From NCBI GenBank assembly GCA_963848295.1, contig CAWKDB010000010.1, positions 2,528,001 through 2,592,000 of the forward strand: DNA of 64,000 bases, given 5' to 3'. This document shows, piece after piece, positions 20,249 to 29,865 of this stretch. Each line of letters starts with the position of its first letter. Positions within the stretch are counted from its first letter, which is position 1. Under the pieces are notes generated by a model, which saw nothing but the letters and a program-made list of their open reading frames with translations, was not told the origin of the DNA and ran no database searches. This DNA comes from an uncultured delta proteobacterium (GTDB lineage Bacteria > Myxococcota_A > Polyangia > Haliangiales > Haliangiaceae). The position numbers and the translations under genes were made by a program.

Positions 20249-20698
20249 TCACCAGCGTTGCGCACCCGCGACCTGCCGCGTCGACACGTTGATGCGGTTG
20301 TAGAGGTTGATCACCGCGATGTCGAGCACGAGCCACGCGAGCACCGCCTCGTCGTAGTGGCGCGCGGCCTCGGCCCAGACCGGATCTGGAACGGGATCCG
20401 TTTGGTCGGCGAGCCGCGTCACGGCCTCGGTGAGCGCGAGCGCGGCGCGTTCTGCGTCGGTGAAGAACGGCGCCTCACGCCAGACTGCGACCGCGCCCAA
20501 CCGCTGCGGTGTGTCGGTGGTCTTGGTGATCTCCATGTCCACGCACGTGCTGCAGCTGTTGATCTGGCTAGCGCGGAGGTGGACGAGGCCGAGCGTCGTC
20601 GCGGGGATCGGGCTTGCGGCGAGCATCTTGCCGAGCGCCATCAACGGGGCCATCGCGTCGTTCAAGATCATCGCGGGGTTCTTCATTCGGGCTTGCAT
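20249..20698 (-). CDS. Carboxymuconolactone decarboxylase/AhpD family protein
   Basis: 'LVHLRASQINSCSTCVDM', 'WREAPFFTDAERAALALTEAVT'. Confidence 0.92.
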   Translation of the reverse strand: MQARMKNPAMILNDAMAPLMALGKMLAASPIPATTLGLVHLRASQINSCSTCVDMEITKTTDTPQRLGAVAVWREAPFFTDAERAALALTEAVTRLADQTDPVPDPVWAEAARHYDEAVLAWLVLDIAVINLYNRINVSTRQVAGAQRW

Positions 20699-20763
20699 GG
20701 GTCTCCTTGTCACGTTCGGGGCGGCTCGTACGTCAGCTGTAGGACGGAACGAAAGGACTGGAT

Positions 20764-21148
20764 GTGACCAAGTCGAGAACGATCGGTTACTACGACCACG
20801 GCGATCATCGCGCTCGCGTTCCCGTCGGGCGGTGTTGCGCAGGTGTTGGGTTTCCACGAGGCCGTCGAGGGCGTCGTCAGGCTCGGCTACCCCGTCTACG
20901 TCGTGACGATCATCGGCGCGTGGAAGCTGCTCGGTGGCATCGCGGTGCTCGTGCCGCGCTTCCCACGGCTCAAGGAGTGGGCGTACGCCGGTGTGACGAT
21001 CGACCTCACCGGTGCAAGCATCTCGTCAGCCGCGAGTCACGAGTTCCGCGTGCTCCGATTCTCGTTCTCGGGCGACAAGATCGCGACCGCCGATGTGATC
21101 GCTGATCGCGCGCAGCTCGACGCGCTCGAGATCGCGACGCTCGGCTGA
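20764..21148 (+). pseudogene. Frameshifted DoxX-like gene fused to an ECF41 sigma C-terminal tail
   Basis: 'LGYPVY...WKLLG...PRLKEWAYAG' (DoxX_2), then 'VLRFSFSGDKIATADVIADRAQL'. Confidence 0.7.
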
Positions 21149-21228
21149 ATCGAATCTCTCACCGGCCCTGTCCGTGTAGGCGGTCGCCACATCCGGGATT
21201 TCCCTAGTCCACTCCCGCTCGGAACGCG

Positions 21229-21244
21229 AGGCACGTCGCTTGCT
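21229..21244 (+). promoter_or_regulatory. sigma54 -24/-12 promoter
   Basis: AGGCACGTCGCTTGCT upstream of ATG 21257. Confidence 0.75.
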
Positions 21245-21256
21245 CGGGATCTGAGC

Positions 21257-21808
21257 ATGAGACACCTCGGCGCTCGATTCGGACTCGCGCTCGTCATCTT
21301 GCTCGTCGGCATGATGATCCTCATCGAGCTGTTGGCGCACGTCGCGCTGCCCGTGTTCCGCCTGGTCGTCGGCGTGGCGATCACCGTGATCGGGGCGCGG
21401 ATGGTGCTCGAGATCTGGAACCGGCGCAAGCTGGAACCAGCGGCCGGAGAGGCCGTGATGGCGAACCTGAATTTCTCCCAGCAGGGCGTGCTCGACCGCG
21501 ACGAGCGATTCGATGTCGTGCTCGGCAGCGGCGCGATCGATCTGACGAAGCTCGTCGAGCCGATGCGCGACGTCACGGTCACGATCGACACGTTGTTCGG
21601 CCGCGCGATCGTCAAGCTGCCTGCGACGGTCGCCTACGACGTCGAGGGCAGTGCCACGTTCGGGCAAGTGCGGCTGCCGGATCGCAGCGCCACCGCGACC
21701 GGGACGATCGAATACACGCCGCGCCGCGATCATCCGCCGCACCTCCACCTCCGCCTGCACGCGGTGTTCGGTGCGTGTCAGGTGATCGAGGCGACCGCCG
21801 CGGCTTGA
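21257..21808 (+). CDS. LiaF-related membrane protein
   Basis: Two TM segments, then 'VVLGSGAIDLT...IDTLFGRAIVKLP'. Confidence 0.75.
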   Translation: MRHLGARFGLALVILLVGMMILIELLAHVALPVFRLVVGVAITVIGARMVLEIWNRRKLEPAAGEAVMANLNFSQQGVLDRDERFDVVLGSGAIDLTKLVEPMRDVTVTIDTLFGRAIVKLPATVAYDVEGSATFGQVRLPDRSATATGTIEYTPRRDHPPHLHLRLHAVFGACQVIEATAAA

Positions 21809-21858
21809 GTGTGCGGGCTATCTGCACACTGTCGCGCACGCGCGCGTGACTCATCCGC

Positions 21859-22293
21859 TCACCGGACGACGAGCACCGCACACGGGGCGTGGCGCACGAC
21901 GCGCTCGGCGACCGAGCCGAGCAAGATGTGCTTGATTCCGGTGCGGCCGTGGGTCCCGAGGATCGCGAGATCGAAGGTCGGGTCGGCGCGCAGGTACTCG
22001 ACGATCTCGTGCCACGGAATCCCGGTCGCGACGTGCGTCGACACGAGCTTGGCGCCGGTGCCCTCTGCCTCGTGCCGCCATTCCTCGAGCGCGGCGGTCG
22101 CTCCCTCGACGATCGCGGGCGCCAATTCCTCGAAAGGATATTGCGGACCCTCCGCGTAGAACCGCGTTCCCGCGACCACGTTCATCAACACGAGCGGAGC
22201 GCCCGTGTCCGCAGCCATCGCCGCTCCGACCTCGAAGGCGCGCCTCGACGGCGCGGAGAAATCGATCGGCACCAACAACTTCTTGAATCTCAC
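21859..22293 (-). CDS. Universal stress protein
   Basis: 'KLLVPIDFS', 'LGTHGRTG..HILLGSVAERVVRHAPCAVLVV'. Confidence 0.95.
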   Translation of the reverse strand: MRFKKLLVPIDFSAPSRRAFEVGAAMAADTGAPLVLMNVVAGTRFYAEGPQYPFEELAPAIVEGATAALEEWRHEAEGTGAKLVSTHVATGIPWHEIVEYLRADPTFDLAILGTHGRTGIKHILLGSVAERVVRHAPCAVLVVR

Positions 22294-22305
22294 ATTCGAC
22301 AGCGA

Positions 22306-22321
22306 TGCATTGCATGTGCCG
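22306..22321 (-). promoter_or_regulatory. sigma54 -24/-12 promoter
   Basis: CGGCACATGCAATGCA upstream of the USP. Confidence 0.65.
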
Positions 22322-22335
22322 ACCGACGAGCGGGC

Positions 22336-24006
22336 TCATCGTCGCCACACCCCGATCACGCGCGGCGCGCCCGATTCGAGATCGCGGGCGACGTGCACCA
22401 CGGTCTCGCCGGTGAAGCCCGGGCGCGAGGTCACGATGCGCGCGATGGTGTAGTCGTAGCGATCGCCGGCGAGCTCGAGCGGCGCGCACGTGCGGCCGGC
22501 TGGCCGAGCGGCGATAACGACCGCGGGATCGAGCGGGTGCGCATGGAAGTCGTACGTCGAGATCGCGTAGCGCATGGTCGCGGCCGGCGCGATGCCGTAG
22601 ACGATCGCCAGGTCGTCGAAGCACAGGTCGTGCGCGCCCGAGCTCGAGTCGATCGCGAAGTTGTCGAGCGGATTCACGCGCGCGAACCAGTGGGCGATCG
22701 TCACGCGTTGTCGCGCGACGAGCGTGTCCGTGATGTAGTCGATCGCGCGCGGGTCGGAGAATCGCCCGGCTTCGACCGCGGCGCGGATCTGTGCACGGGT
22801 GAAGCGCGCGATGATCTTCGCGCCCCAGTACTTGTCGAATCGGTCGGAGATGATGAACGGAGTGTACGTCGCCAGATCCATGTGCCAGCGCTCGGGATCG
22901 TAGATCCGGGCCTCGAACATCGCCGCGACGCCGCGAAGCTCTGGCGCGACGCGCTCCTCCCATGGCCGGCCGGCGAAGCCGAGCGTGAACAGCTGGCGCA
23001 ACATCTCGCCGAAGTCGACCCGGAAGGCGAAGCCACGCCACCAGTCGTGATCGGTGGCCGCCATCGCGCCGAGGCTCATGCCGAAGTCCACCGCGTAGTG
23101 CTTGACGTAGTGGCGGTTCGGGTTCTTCGGGTCGGCGACCCAGGTGTCGACGTACTGGGCCTCGGTGACATCGACCGCGTCGAGCCACGCGAAGATCGCG
23201 GCCTGGCCGCGCAGATCGCGCCGCAGCTCGTGCGGAATCCGGTCGTTCGGATCATCGCGGCGCACGCCGATGCCCGGAGGACCGCCGAGCGTCTTGCCAT
23301 CGATCCAGCGCGAGACCATGACCCGGATCCTGCCATCGGGCTCGTGGTGGACCTTTTCGAGATCGCGCGCGAGCTCGGCGCGGCCCAGCCGACGCTCGTG
23401 GTCTCCGTGGATGCCTTTGACGCTCGCGTCGCGCTCGAGCACGAGATCGTCGGGGCGGATGTAGACGACCTGATCCTCGGCCACGTTGTAGCCGCACGCC
23501 CAGAGCAAGCGGTCCACGACGACGTCGGTGCCGGTCTCGACTTCGGGCGGGTTGGCGATCGCGTCGAACTTCACCACGTACTTGACGCCGGTCGAGTCCT
23601 TGACGATGAAGCCGAGGCTGTTGCCGCCGACCTTCGTGCTGTGGATCGTCCATGGCAGATGGCGCTCGGGGTTGTCGGTGACCGGCCCGTCGCGAACCTC
23701 GTCGGGCGTCAGCGCGAACACCCCGATGCGATTGGTGAACCACGTGGAGTCGGGGACCTCGTCGAGCGCATTGACGCCGAGCGCGCGGTGCGGTTGCCGC
23801 AGCTCGAACGCGCGCGCGATCGGCTGCGCGATCACGCCGTCGTACGCGTAGACGTCGGGCGAGAACTCGCGAGTCGCCGGCGGCTTGGGAACGTCGAGGC
23901 GGTCGTCGACCCTCGTCGCGGCCGGCGCGTCGGCAAAGCGCGGGGCGGGCACCGCGACGGCGGCGCCGCAGCCCGCGAGCGCGGTGGACCATAGCCACGA
24001 CCTCAT
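22336..24006 (-). CDS. Lipoprotein with an atypical protein-kinase-like fold
   Basis: Lipobox 'LAGC'; 'KVGGNSLGF', 'YVVKFD', 'EVETG', 'WLDAVD', 'YAVDFG'. Confidence 0.7.
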   Translation of the reverse strand: MRSWLWSTALAGCGAAVAVPAPRFADAPAATRVDDRLDVPKPPATREFSPDVYAYDGVIAQPIARAFELRQPHRALGVNALDEVPDSTWFTNRIGVFALTPDEVRDGPVTDNPERHLPWTIHSTKVGGNSLGFIVKDSTGVKYVVKFDAIANPPEVETGTDVVVDRLLWACGYNVAEDQVVYIRPDDLVLERDASVKGIHGDHERRLGRAELARDLEKVHHEPDGRIRVMVSRWIDGKTLGGPPGIGVRRDDPNDRIPHELRRDLRGQAAIFAWLDAVDVTEAQYVDTWVADPKNPNRHYVKHYAVDFGMSLGAMAATDHDWWRGFAFRVDFGEMLRQLFTLGFAGRPWEERVAPELRGVAAMFEARIYDPERWHMDLATYTPFIISDRFDKYWGAKIIARFTRAQIRAAVEAGRFSDPRAIDYITDTLVARQRVTIAHWFARVNPLDNFAIDSSSGAHDLCFDDLAIVYGIAPAATMRYAISTYDFHAHPLDPAVVIAARPAGRTCAPLELAGDRYDYTIARIVTSRPGFTGETVVHVARDLESGAPRVIGVWRR

Positions 24007-25424
24007 CGCCACCTCGGCTCGGCGTCGAGTACCGGGCTGACCGAGACGCTCGCGAACACACCGCCATCGGTCGAGCTCGCGAGATCGGCGGAGAGCTCGA
24101 AGTCGCCTTGCTCGCCATGCAGCTCGAGACCGACGCCGTAGCCGACGCGAGGATGGTCGATCGACAGGTCCTCGATCGAAGGGAAGACGCGGCCGACGTC
24201 CGCGAAGACATGTGCATCGATGAAGTGCGAGAGGTCCCACTGGTACTCGAACGACGCGAGCGCCGCGACGCGATCGCGAAACCGTTCGAACGCGTAGCCG
24301 CGGAGAAACTCGCCCCCACCCAGGGTAGGCAGCTCGCTGAACGGCACTTGCGCGAGCGAGCCGGTCACCGCATCGAGCCGGAACCGCGCGATGATCACGC
24401 GCGGCCCATTCGCGATCGGCCAGAAGTGCTGGAGCTCGGCGCCGTAGCGCCAGAAGTCGGCTTCGCCGTCGAAGCCGTCGACGCGGCCCGCGTAGGCTGC
24501 CACGAGTGAACCGGCGGCGTGGATGCCGCGTGGCTCCCAGAGCGAACGCTGCCGCCGCGTATCCCAACGCAGCTCGAGCTGGCCGTACGCGTGGCGGACG
24601 CCGGCTCGAAAACCGACGAGGTCAGCGGCGTCGTACACATCGCCGATCGGGGGGCCGGTCGTGCTCGTCGCGAAGCGCAGATCCGCTAGCGAACCGGTCG
24701 CGATCACGTGCAAGTGGAGCGGCAGTCGCGCGTCGCCGATCAGGGCGAGCCGCACTTCCTGGTAGCGATAGTACGTCTCGACTGCGGTGTCGTCGATCTG
24801 CGGATCGACGGCGGACGGCGGCGGCTCGTGCAGATTGCCATTGCCGATGCCATCGAACGGGTCCGACGGGCGACGGTCGAAGCTCGCGTCGATCCCGAGC
24901 TCGAACCAGTGCGAGATGCGATCGCCGCTGCGGAACGACACCAGCGCTCCTTCGCGATAGTGCTCGCCGAGCACCGCACCGGTCGTGGCCTGCACGGCGA
25001 GGCGCTCGTGCTCGCCGAACAGATCGAGATCCTCGAATCGCATACCGACGTCGGCGCCGAAACCGGTCGCGTACGTCGCGGTCGGGAACAGCCCGATCGT
25101 CCGCGCGGCGTTGAAGAACGTGCGGTAGTAGAGATCGACGATGTCGTAGTGGTCGTTGACCCACGCGAGCCCATGTATCGGCGACACCGCCGCGTCGAGC
25201 AAGAGCTTCGGCAGGAACAGCAGGCCTCGCGCCACGACGCGGACCACACCGTCGTGCGAGTCGTCGTGATCGATCCGGCCGCTCTCGTTGCCGGGCAGCG
25301 GCGCGGCCGCGACGTCGGCGGCGGTGAGCTCGGCGGCGCGCATCGGCGCCACGGTCGGCGGTGGAGCTGCCATCGCAGAGGCCGAGCACGCGACCACGGC
25401 TGTGGCCCCGAGCCCGGCGATCAT
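24003..25424 (-). CDS. Omp85/BamA-TamA-type outer membrane barrel without obvious POTRA domains
   Basis: Signal peptide, amphipathic strands, 'LGGGEFLRGY' and 'FADVGRV...GYGVGL'. Confidence 0.8.
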   Translation of the reverse strand: MIAGLGATAVVACSASAMAAPPPTVAPMRAAELTAADVAAAPLPGNESGRIDHDDSHDGVVRVVARGLLFLPKLLLDAAVSPIHGLAWVNDHYDIVDLYYRTFFNAARTIGLFPTATYATGFGADVGMRFEDLDLFGEHERLAVQATTGAVLGEHYREGALVSFRSGDRISHWFELGIDASFDRRPSDPFDGIGNGNLHEPPPSAVDPQIDDTAVETYYRYQEVRLALIGDARLPLHLHVIATGSLADLRFATSTTGPPIGDVYDAADLVGFRAGVRHAYGQLELRWDTRRQRSLWEPRGIHAAGSLVAAYAGRVDGFDGEADFWRYGAELQHFWPIANGPRVIIARFRLDAVTGSLAQVPFSELPTLGGGEFLRGYAFERFRDRVAALASFEYQWDLSHFIDAHVFADVGRVFPSIEDLSIDHPRVGYGVGLELHGEQGDFELSADLASSTDGGVFASVSVSPVLDAEPRWR

Positions 25425-26800
25425 CGCGCGGGGGCTCCGGCCGCGACCCGGCTGAGTGCGCGATGCCGACGAGCGAGCCGCCATGCGACCCCGATCCACA
25501 GCGCGACCAGGCCGATGTTGAGCACCGCGAGGCCGCGGATCGTGTTCGGAAGCTCGCGTACGCTCAACCACACGAACAGCGCCGATACCGCGTCGGCGGC
25601 GCGTACGACGAACGTGTCGATCGCGGCCTTGGCCTTGTACTTCATCGCGCGGTCGGTCGGCAGGAACAGCGTTTGCCGGACGGTGTTCTGGATCGAGTAG
25701 TTGGCCGCGTTCTCGGTCGCCTTGGCCACTCCGACCAGCGCGATGCTCGTCAGCACGGCGATCGCTCCGTACGCGCCGAACGCGATCACCGGCATCACGA
25801 ACAGCGCGCGCCCGACCCCGAACTTCTCGATGATCCGCGACACCACGAACGCCTGCACGAGCAGCGAGACCACGTTCACCCACAGAAAGAACTGGCCGTA
25901 GAACGCCTTGATCACGTCCTGGCGATCGGCCGTGATCGCCGCCGCGCGAGCAGCACCGGCGAGATCCGCGTGCGCGGTCGCCGGCACGAGGTGCTCGGCG
26001 TGCGAGATGGCGGCGCTCGACAGGATGAACTCGCCGTTGGTCTTGACCAACTCGGATACGAGCACGAGCCCCGCGATCAGCAGCAGATAGCGATGACGCA
26101 CGATGAGCGTCACCGCGGGCTTGCCGTCGATCGGAGCATTCGCGCGCTGGCGCGCGGGATCGTCTCGATCGCCGATGTGCTCGACGACGTTGAAGACCGC
26201 GACGCAACCGATCAGCAGCACCGCGGCAAATGGCAGGAGCGTGTAGGTCGTCACGAAGCTGGCGAGCGCGGGGCCGACGACCGCGCCGAGCGAAGCGCCG
26301 ATCCCGATGAGCGCGAACAGCCGGTTGCCCTGCTCCTCGGTGTAGAGGTCGTTCGCGTAGGACCAGAACTGCGCGATCAGGAACATGTTGACGATGCCGA
26401 GCCACACGAAGAACGCCAGGCCGATCGGCACGCCGCTGCGCGCGACCGCGTACAACGCGACGAGACAGCCGATCACGATCGCGTAGGACACGTTGATCAG
26501 CCGGATCCGGCGCACGCGGTTCGCGAGCGCGTCGTACGCGGGGACCAGCGCGACGAGCAGCACCGCCATCGCACCACCGGAGTACGACTTGAGCTCCGCG
26601 CCCCGTAGCCCGAACGTTCCGCCGGTAAGGATCAGCGCCTCGCGTGCGGTCTTCATCAAGTAATAGCTGGTCAGGATCAGGAACACGCACGACAGCAACA
26701 GCAGCGCACGAAGCCCCTCGCCGGCATGGACCTTGGTGATCCGCCGCAACATCCATTCGAGCCGCGTCGCGGATCCGGCGACCATGAGCGGCGTCGACAT
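25421..26800 (-). CDS. TLC/NTT family nucleotide (ADP/ATP) translocase
   Basis: 'YYLMKTAREALIL', 'QFWSYANDLYTEEQGNRLF', 'KYKAKAAIDT'; many TM segments. Confidence 0.85.
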   Translation of the reverse strand: MSTPLMVAGSATRLEWMLRRITKVHAGEGLRALLLLSCVFLILTSYYLMKTAREALILTGGTFGLRGAELKSYSGGAMAVLLVALVPAYDALANRVRRIRLINVSYAIVIGCLVALYAVARSGVPIGLAFFVWLGIVNMFLIAQFWSYANDLYTEEQGNRLFALIGIGASLGAVVGPALASFVTTYTLLPFAAVLLIGCVAVFNVVEHIGDRDDPARQRANAPIDGKPAVTLIVRHRYLLLIAGLVLVSELVKTNGEFILSSAAISHAEHLVPATAHADLAGAARAAAITADRQDVIKAFYGQFFLWVNVVSLLVQAFVVSRIIEKFGVGRALFVMPVIAFGAYGAIAVLTSIALVGVAKATENAANYSIQNTVRQTLFLPTDRAMKYKAKAAIDTFVVRAADAVSALFVWLSVRELPNTIRGLAVLNIGLVALWIGVAWRLARRHRALSRVAAGAPAR

Positions 26801-26815
26801 GACCAGACGAATGAA

Positions 26816-26831
26816 AGCAAAGCCTGTGCCC
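26816..26831 (-). promoter_or_regulatory. sigma54 -24/-12 promoter of the NTT operon
   Basis: GGGCACAGGCTTTGCT upstream of ATG 26800. Confidence 0.7.
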
Positions 26832-26889
26832 TGGGCCCTCACGCTCTCCGAGGAAGTCGTATCCGCGGCTCGACATCGTGTTCGCTCGC

Positions 26890-27165
26890 GCACTCGAGCG
26901 AGCCGAAATTACTTGTGGATGGTGTCGGGCGAGAACTTCGGTGTGCTCGACGACCACGATCCGAGCTCGCACCACCTGACGTCGACCGGCCGCCGTTCAT
27001 CACGATCTCGCCGAACGCGAAGCGCGGGTTCGTCTCGCAGGTCGACTACGACACCACGTCGTATCTCGAGACGGTCGAGATGCTACTCGGCGTGGCGCCG
27101 CTACCATGCTCGACGGTTGCCTCGACGGTCGCGCCGATGGCCGACCTGTTCACGCTTCCGCTCAC
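26890..27165 (+). pseudogene. Phosphoesterase/acid phosphatase remnant with an internal deletion
   Basis: 'SEP/NYLWMVSGENFG' joined to the C-terminal 'PFITISP..K.GFVS..YDTTSYLETVEMLLGV'. Confidence 0.6.
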
Positions 27166-27225
27166 CCCGGCGGCCGGAGCGCGCAACGCCGCCGCTGCAG
27201 CGACGCGGACCGAGCCGCCGCACGC

Positions 27226-27759
27226 TCAGCCCGCGGCCTGGTAGCTGAGCTTTTGTCCACTCACCGATAGCTCGACCATCGCGCCACCCAGCGGCACCTC
27301 GAACACGGCGACGCCGTCCGCGAAGCGCGCCTCGGCCGCGGCGCCGGCGGTGAGCGCGACCGCCGAAGCGTCGGCCCCGAGCTGGAACGTCCCCGCCTTC
27401 AGTCGATCGATCGCGTACTGGTCGCGAAACACGACCAACTCGGCGGCGCTCTCCGCGCCGATCTGCGCGCCGAACGAGCCCTGGGTCAGTTGCAGGTAGC
27501 CGTCCGCCACGCCGTGGTCGAACAGCACGCCGCGACCCCACGCAGCCCCGACCGCAAAGCCGGCTTTTCCGATGTCCGGAAACACCGCATAGCCGGCCGA
27601 GTGCGCCAGCAGATCGTGCAGCCCAGGATCGCGAGCGTTCATGTCACCGACGGTGGCGAGAGCGCGCGCCTCGAGACTCTGGCGCTCAGAGACGGTCCGC
27701 GGTGCGGTCGCGCAACCCGCCACTGCGGCGAATGCACACAATGAAAGCAGCTTTGACAT
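27226..27759 (-). CDS. SYLF/Ysc84 lipid-binding lipoprotein
   Basis: Lipobox 'VAGC'; 'YAVFPDIGKAGFAVG..WGRGVL', 'GSFGAQIG'. Confidence 0.9.
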   Translation of the reverse strand: MSKLLSLCAFAAVAGCATAPRTVSERQSLEARALATVGDMNARDPGLHDLLAHSAGYAVFPDIGKAGFAVGAAWGRGVLFDHGVADGYLQLTQGSFGAQIGAESAAELVVFRDQYAIDRLKAGTFQLGADASAVALTAGAAAEARFADGVAVFEVPLGGAMVELSVSGQKLSYQAAG

Positions 27760-27786
27760 GGCGTACCTCTTTGCTCCTCACGCTCA

Positions 27787-27827
27787 TGCATCACGCCTGC
27801 CGACCCGAGCGAGGCACGTCGCATGCA
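27787..27827. promoter_or_regulatory. Back-to-back divergent sigma54 promoters
   Basis: CGGCAGGCGTGATGCA (-, 27787-27802) and AGGCACGTCGCATGCA (+, 27812-27827). Confidence 0.6.
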
Positions 27828-27839
27828 CATCCAGCGGCC

Positions 27840-28256
27840 ATGGAAGACATCCACGCAACGGCCGCACAACGAGTTGGCAGTCTGGTCGCGTTCGTCGAGG
27901 CTTGCTTGCTTGCATTCATCGCCTCGCTCCACTTCGGATTCGAATTGACGCTCGGTAATACGACATTCGCGTTTCCGTTCTTGTATCCAGCCGCGATCGT
28001 CGAAGCGGTGCTCGCGTGCGCGTTGCTCCTCGCCGTGATCTTGCCGGGCCGAGGTCCGGTCCGCGCCGGACGCGTGCTCGCGGCGCAGATCCTCGTGGTG
28101 GTCGGCATCTTCGCCGAGCAGGTCGCGTTGATGCGCGGCTCGAGCTTGGTGACGACGCGCAACGAATTCATCTACGGCGTGGTCCTCGTGCTCGCGCTCG
28201 CGAGCATCGCCTTGCTCGCGTCGCCGTCGTACCGGCGCCCTCCGGTAACGCGCTGA
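27840..28256 (+). CDS. Hypothetical 4-TM membrane protein
   Basis: Four hydrophobic segments; ATG at 27840. Confidence 0.7.
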   Translation: MEDIHATAAQRVGSLVAFVEACLLAFIASLHFGFELTLGNTTFAFPFLYPAAIVEAVLACALLLAVILPGRGPVRAGRVLAAQILVVVGIFAEQVALMRGSSLVTTRNEFIYGVVLVLALASIALLASPSYRRPPVTR

Positions 28257-28635
28257 ACCATGCCCCGCTGGAGTGTGACCGGGGCGCATCCTGCGCGCAG
28301 TCGCTGCGCGATCGGGCACACCGCATCGGCTTCACCGATGGCGACAAGCGCCATCGCGGCCGATCCTTCGCGGTGGTCTCTTCGTTGCATCGCGTCGCGA
28401 GCTCATGCCGGTCAAGCGCGTTCCACCACCGCCGAATCCATGGTCATCGCGCCGCACGCACCAAGACGCGACGTGTGTCGCGACGTCCCTGCAAGCGCTC
28501 ATGCGGCTCGAGGACCGATCGAGCGTGACCGTCGTGCTTGCCGGCGAGTACGCGAAGAATCCGGAGATCGCACGCGTGCTCGGCGAGCTGTTCCCATCGG
28601 CGCGGATCGAACGCGAGGTGCGCGCTCAGCGAGCC

Positions 28636-28651
28636 CGGCATATCGATTGCT
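28636..28651 (+). promoter_or_regulatory. sigma54 -24/-12 promoter
   Basis: CGGCATATCGATTGCT upstream of ATG 28686. Confidence 0.65.
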
Positions 28652-28685
28652 TGAGACATCGCAAACTCGATCCACGGAGGCAGTC

Positions 28686-29627
28686 ATGAAAGCGGCGCGC
28701 ATCGCGAAGTACGGGCATGAAGACGTCGTGCACCTCGTCGACATCGATCGACCGGCACCCGGCCGAGGCCAGGTCTTGCTCGAGGTCCACGCCTCGAGCA
28801 TCAACCCGGTGGATATCGCGACCCGCGAGGGCCGCATGAAGGGCGTGCACGACGTCGAGCTACCGATGACGCTCGGCGTCGATGTCGCCGGGGTCGTCAC
28901 CGAGCTCGGACCGGGAACCACGGAGCTCTCGGTCGGCGACGAGGTCTACGGATCGGCGTCGGTCACCTCGGGCGGTAGCGGGGCGTTCGCCGAGTATGCG
29001 ACGGCTCCCGTCGAGACGCTCGCGAAGAAGCCACACAGCCTGCGCTTCGTCGAAGCGGCCGCCGTCGCACTCACCGGCGTGAGCGCCGTGCAGGCGCTCC
29101 AGGACCATCTCAAGCTGCAGCGCGGTCAGCGGATCCTGATCCATGGAGCCGCCGGTGGCATCGGCACGGTCGCGGTACAACTCGCGAAGCACCTCGGCGC
29201 GCAAGTCACCGCGACGGCGACGGGCGATGGCATCGATTATGTCCGGCGGCTCCACGCCGGCGCGGTGATCGACTACAAGGCGAACGACTTCGAGGGCGAT
29301 GGTGCTCGTTACGATGCGATCCTCGACACGATCGGTGACGAGACCTACACCCGATCGTTCGCGGTGTTGAAGCCGGGTGGGACGATCGTCTCGCTCAAGC
29401 ATCCGGTCGATGCGAAGCTGATGTCGCGACACGCGGTCAAGGCGTTGTTCATGCAGACGCGCGTGACGACGAAGACGCTCGATATCCTGCGCACGCTCGT
29501 CGAGGAGCGGATCGTCCACGTCCATGTCGAGAGGACGTTCCCCCTCGAACGGATCGGTGCAGCGTTCATCGCCAAGGAGCGTGGCCACTTCCACGGCAAG
29601 ATCGGCATCGAGGTACCGACGCGGTAG
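28686..29627 (+). CDS. NADP-dependent oxidoreductase (MDR/quinone reductase family)
   Basis: 'ASSINPVD', 'ILIHGAAGGIGTVAVQLAK'; SD GGAGG. Confidence 0.93.
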   Translation: MKAARIAKYGHEDVVHLVDIDRPAPGRGQVLLEVHASSINPVDIATREGRMKGVHDVELPMTLGVDVAGVVTELGPGTTELSVGDEVYGSASVTSGGSGAFAEYATAPVETLAKKPHSLRFVEAAAVALTGVSAVQALQDHLKLQRGQRILIHGAAGGIGTVAVQLAKHLGAQVTATATGDGIDYVRRLHAGAVIDYKANDFEGDGARYDAILDTIGDETYTRSFAVLKPGGTIVSLKHPVDAKLMSRHAVKALFMQTRVTTKTLDILRTLVEERIVHVHVERTFPLERIGAAFIAKERGHFHGKIGIEVPTR

Positions 29628-29865
29628 CGCGGGAGCGTGCGTCTCACCGTGTGCGCTCGCGCGCAGCGTGACGCGCGCGAACGCTCCCGAGCGTCGCTCG
29701 CGGGCTAGTGCAGTGTCACGAACGCGACCGCGCCACCGAGCGCGACGACGCCAGCCCCGACCCCTCGACCATCTCGTACCAGTGTCCCGCGCCGGGCATC
29801 CGGATCAAGCTGGCGACGAGAAGTCATGTTGCCGCGCCGACCCGACGCGCTGCTATCGTCGAGGG

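Noticed and set aside
28405..28689. 94-aa ORF upstream of the oxidoreductase
   Set aside because: The middle looks protein-like, but no family was recognised and it overlaps the sigma54 promoter; insufficient support
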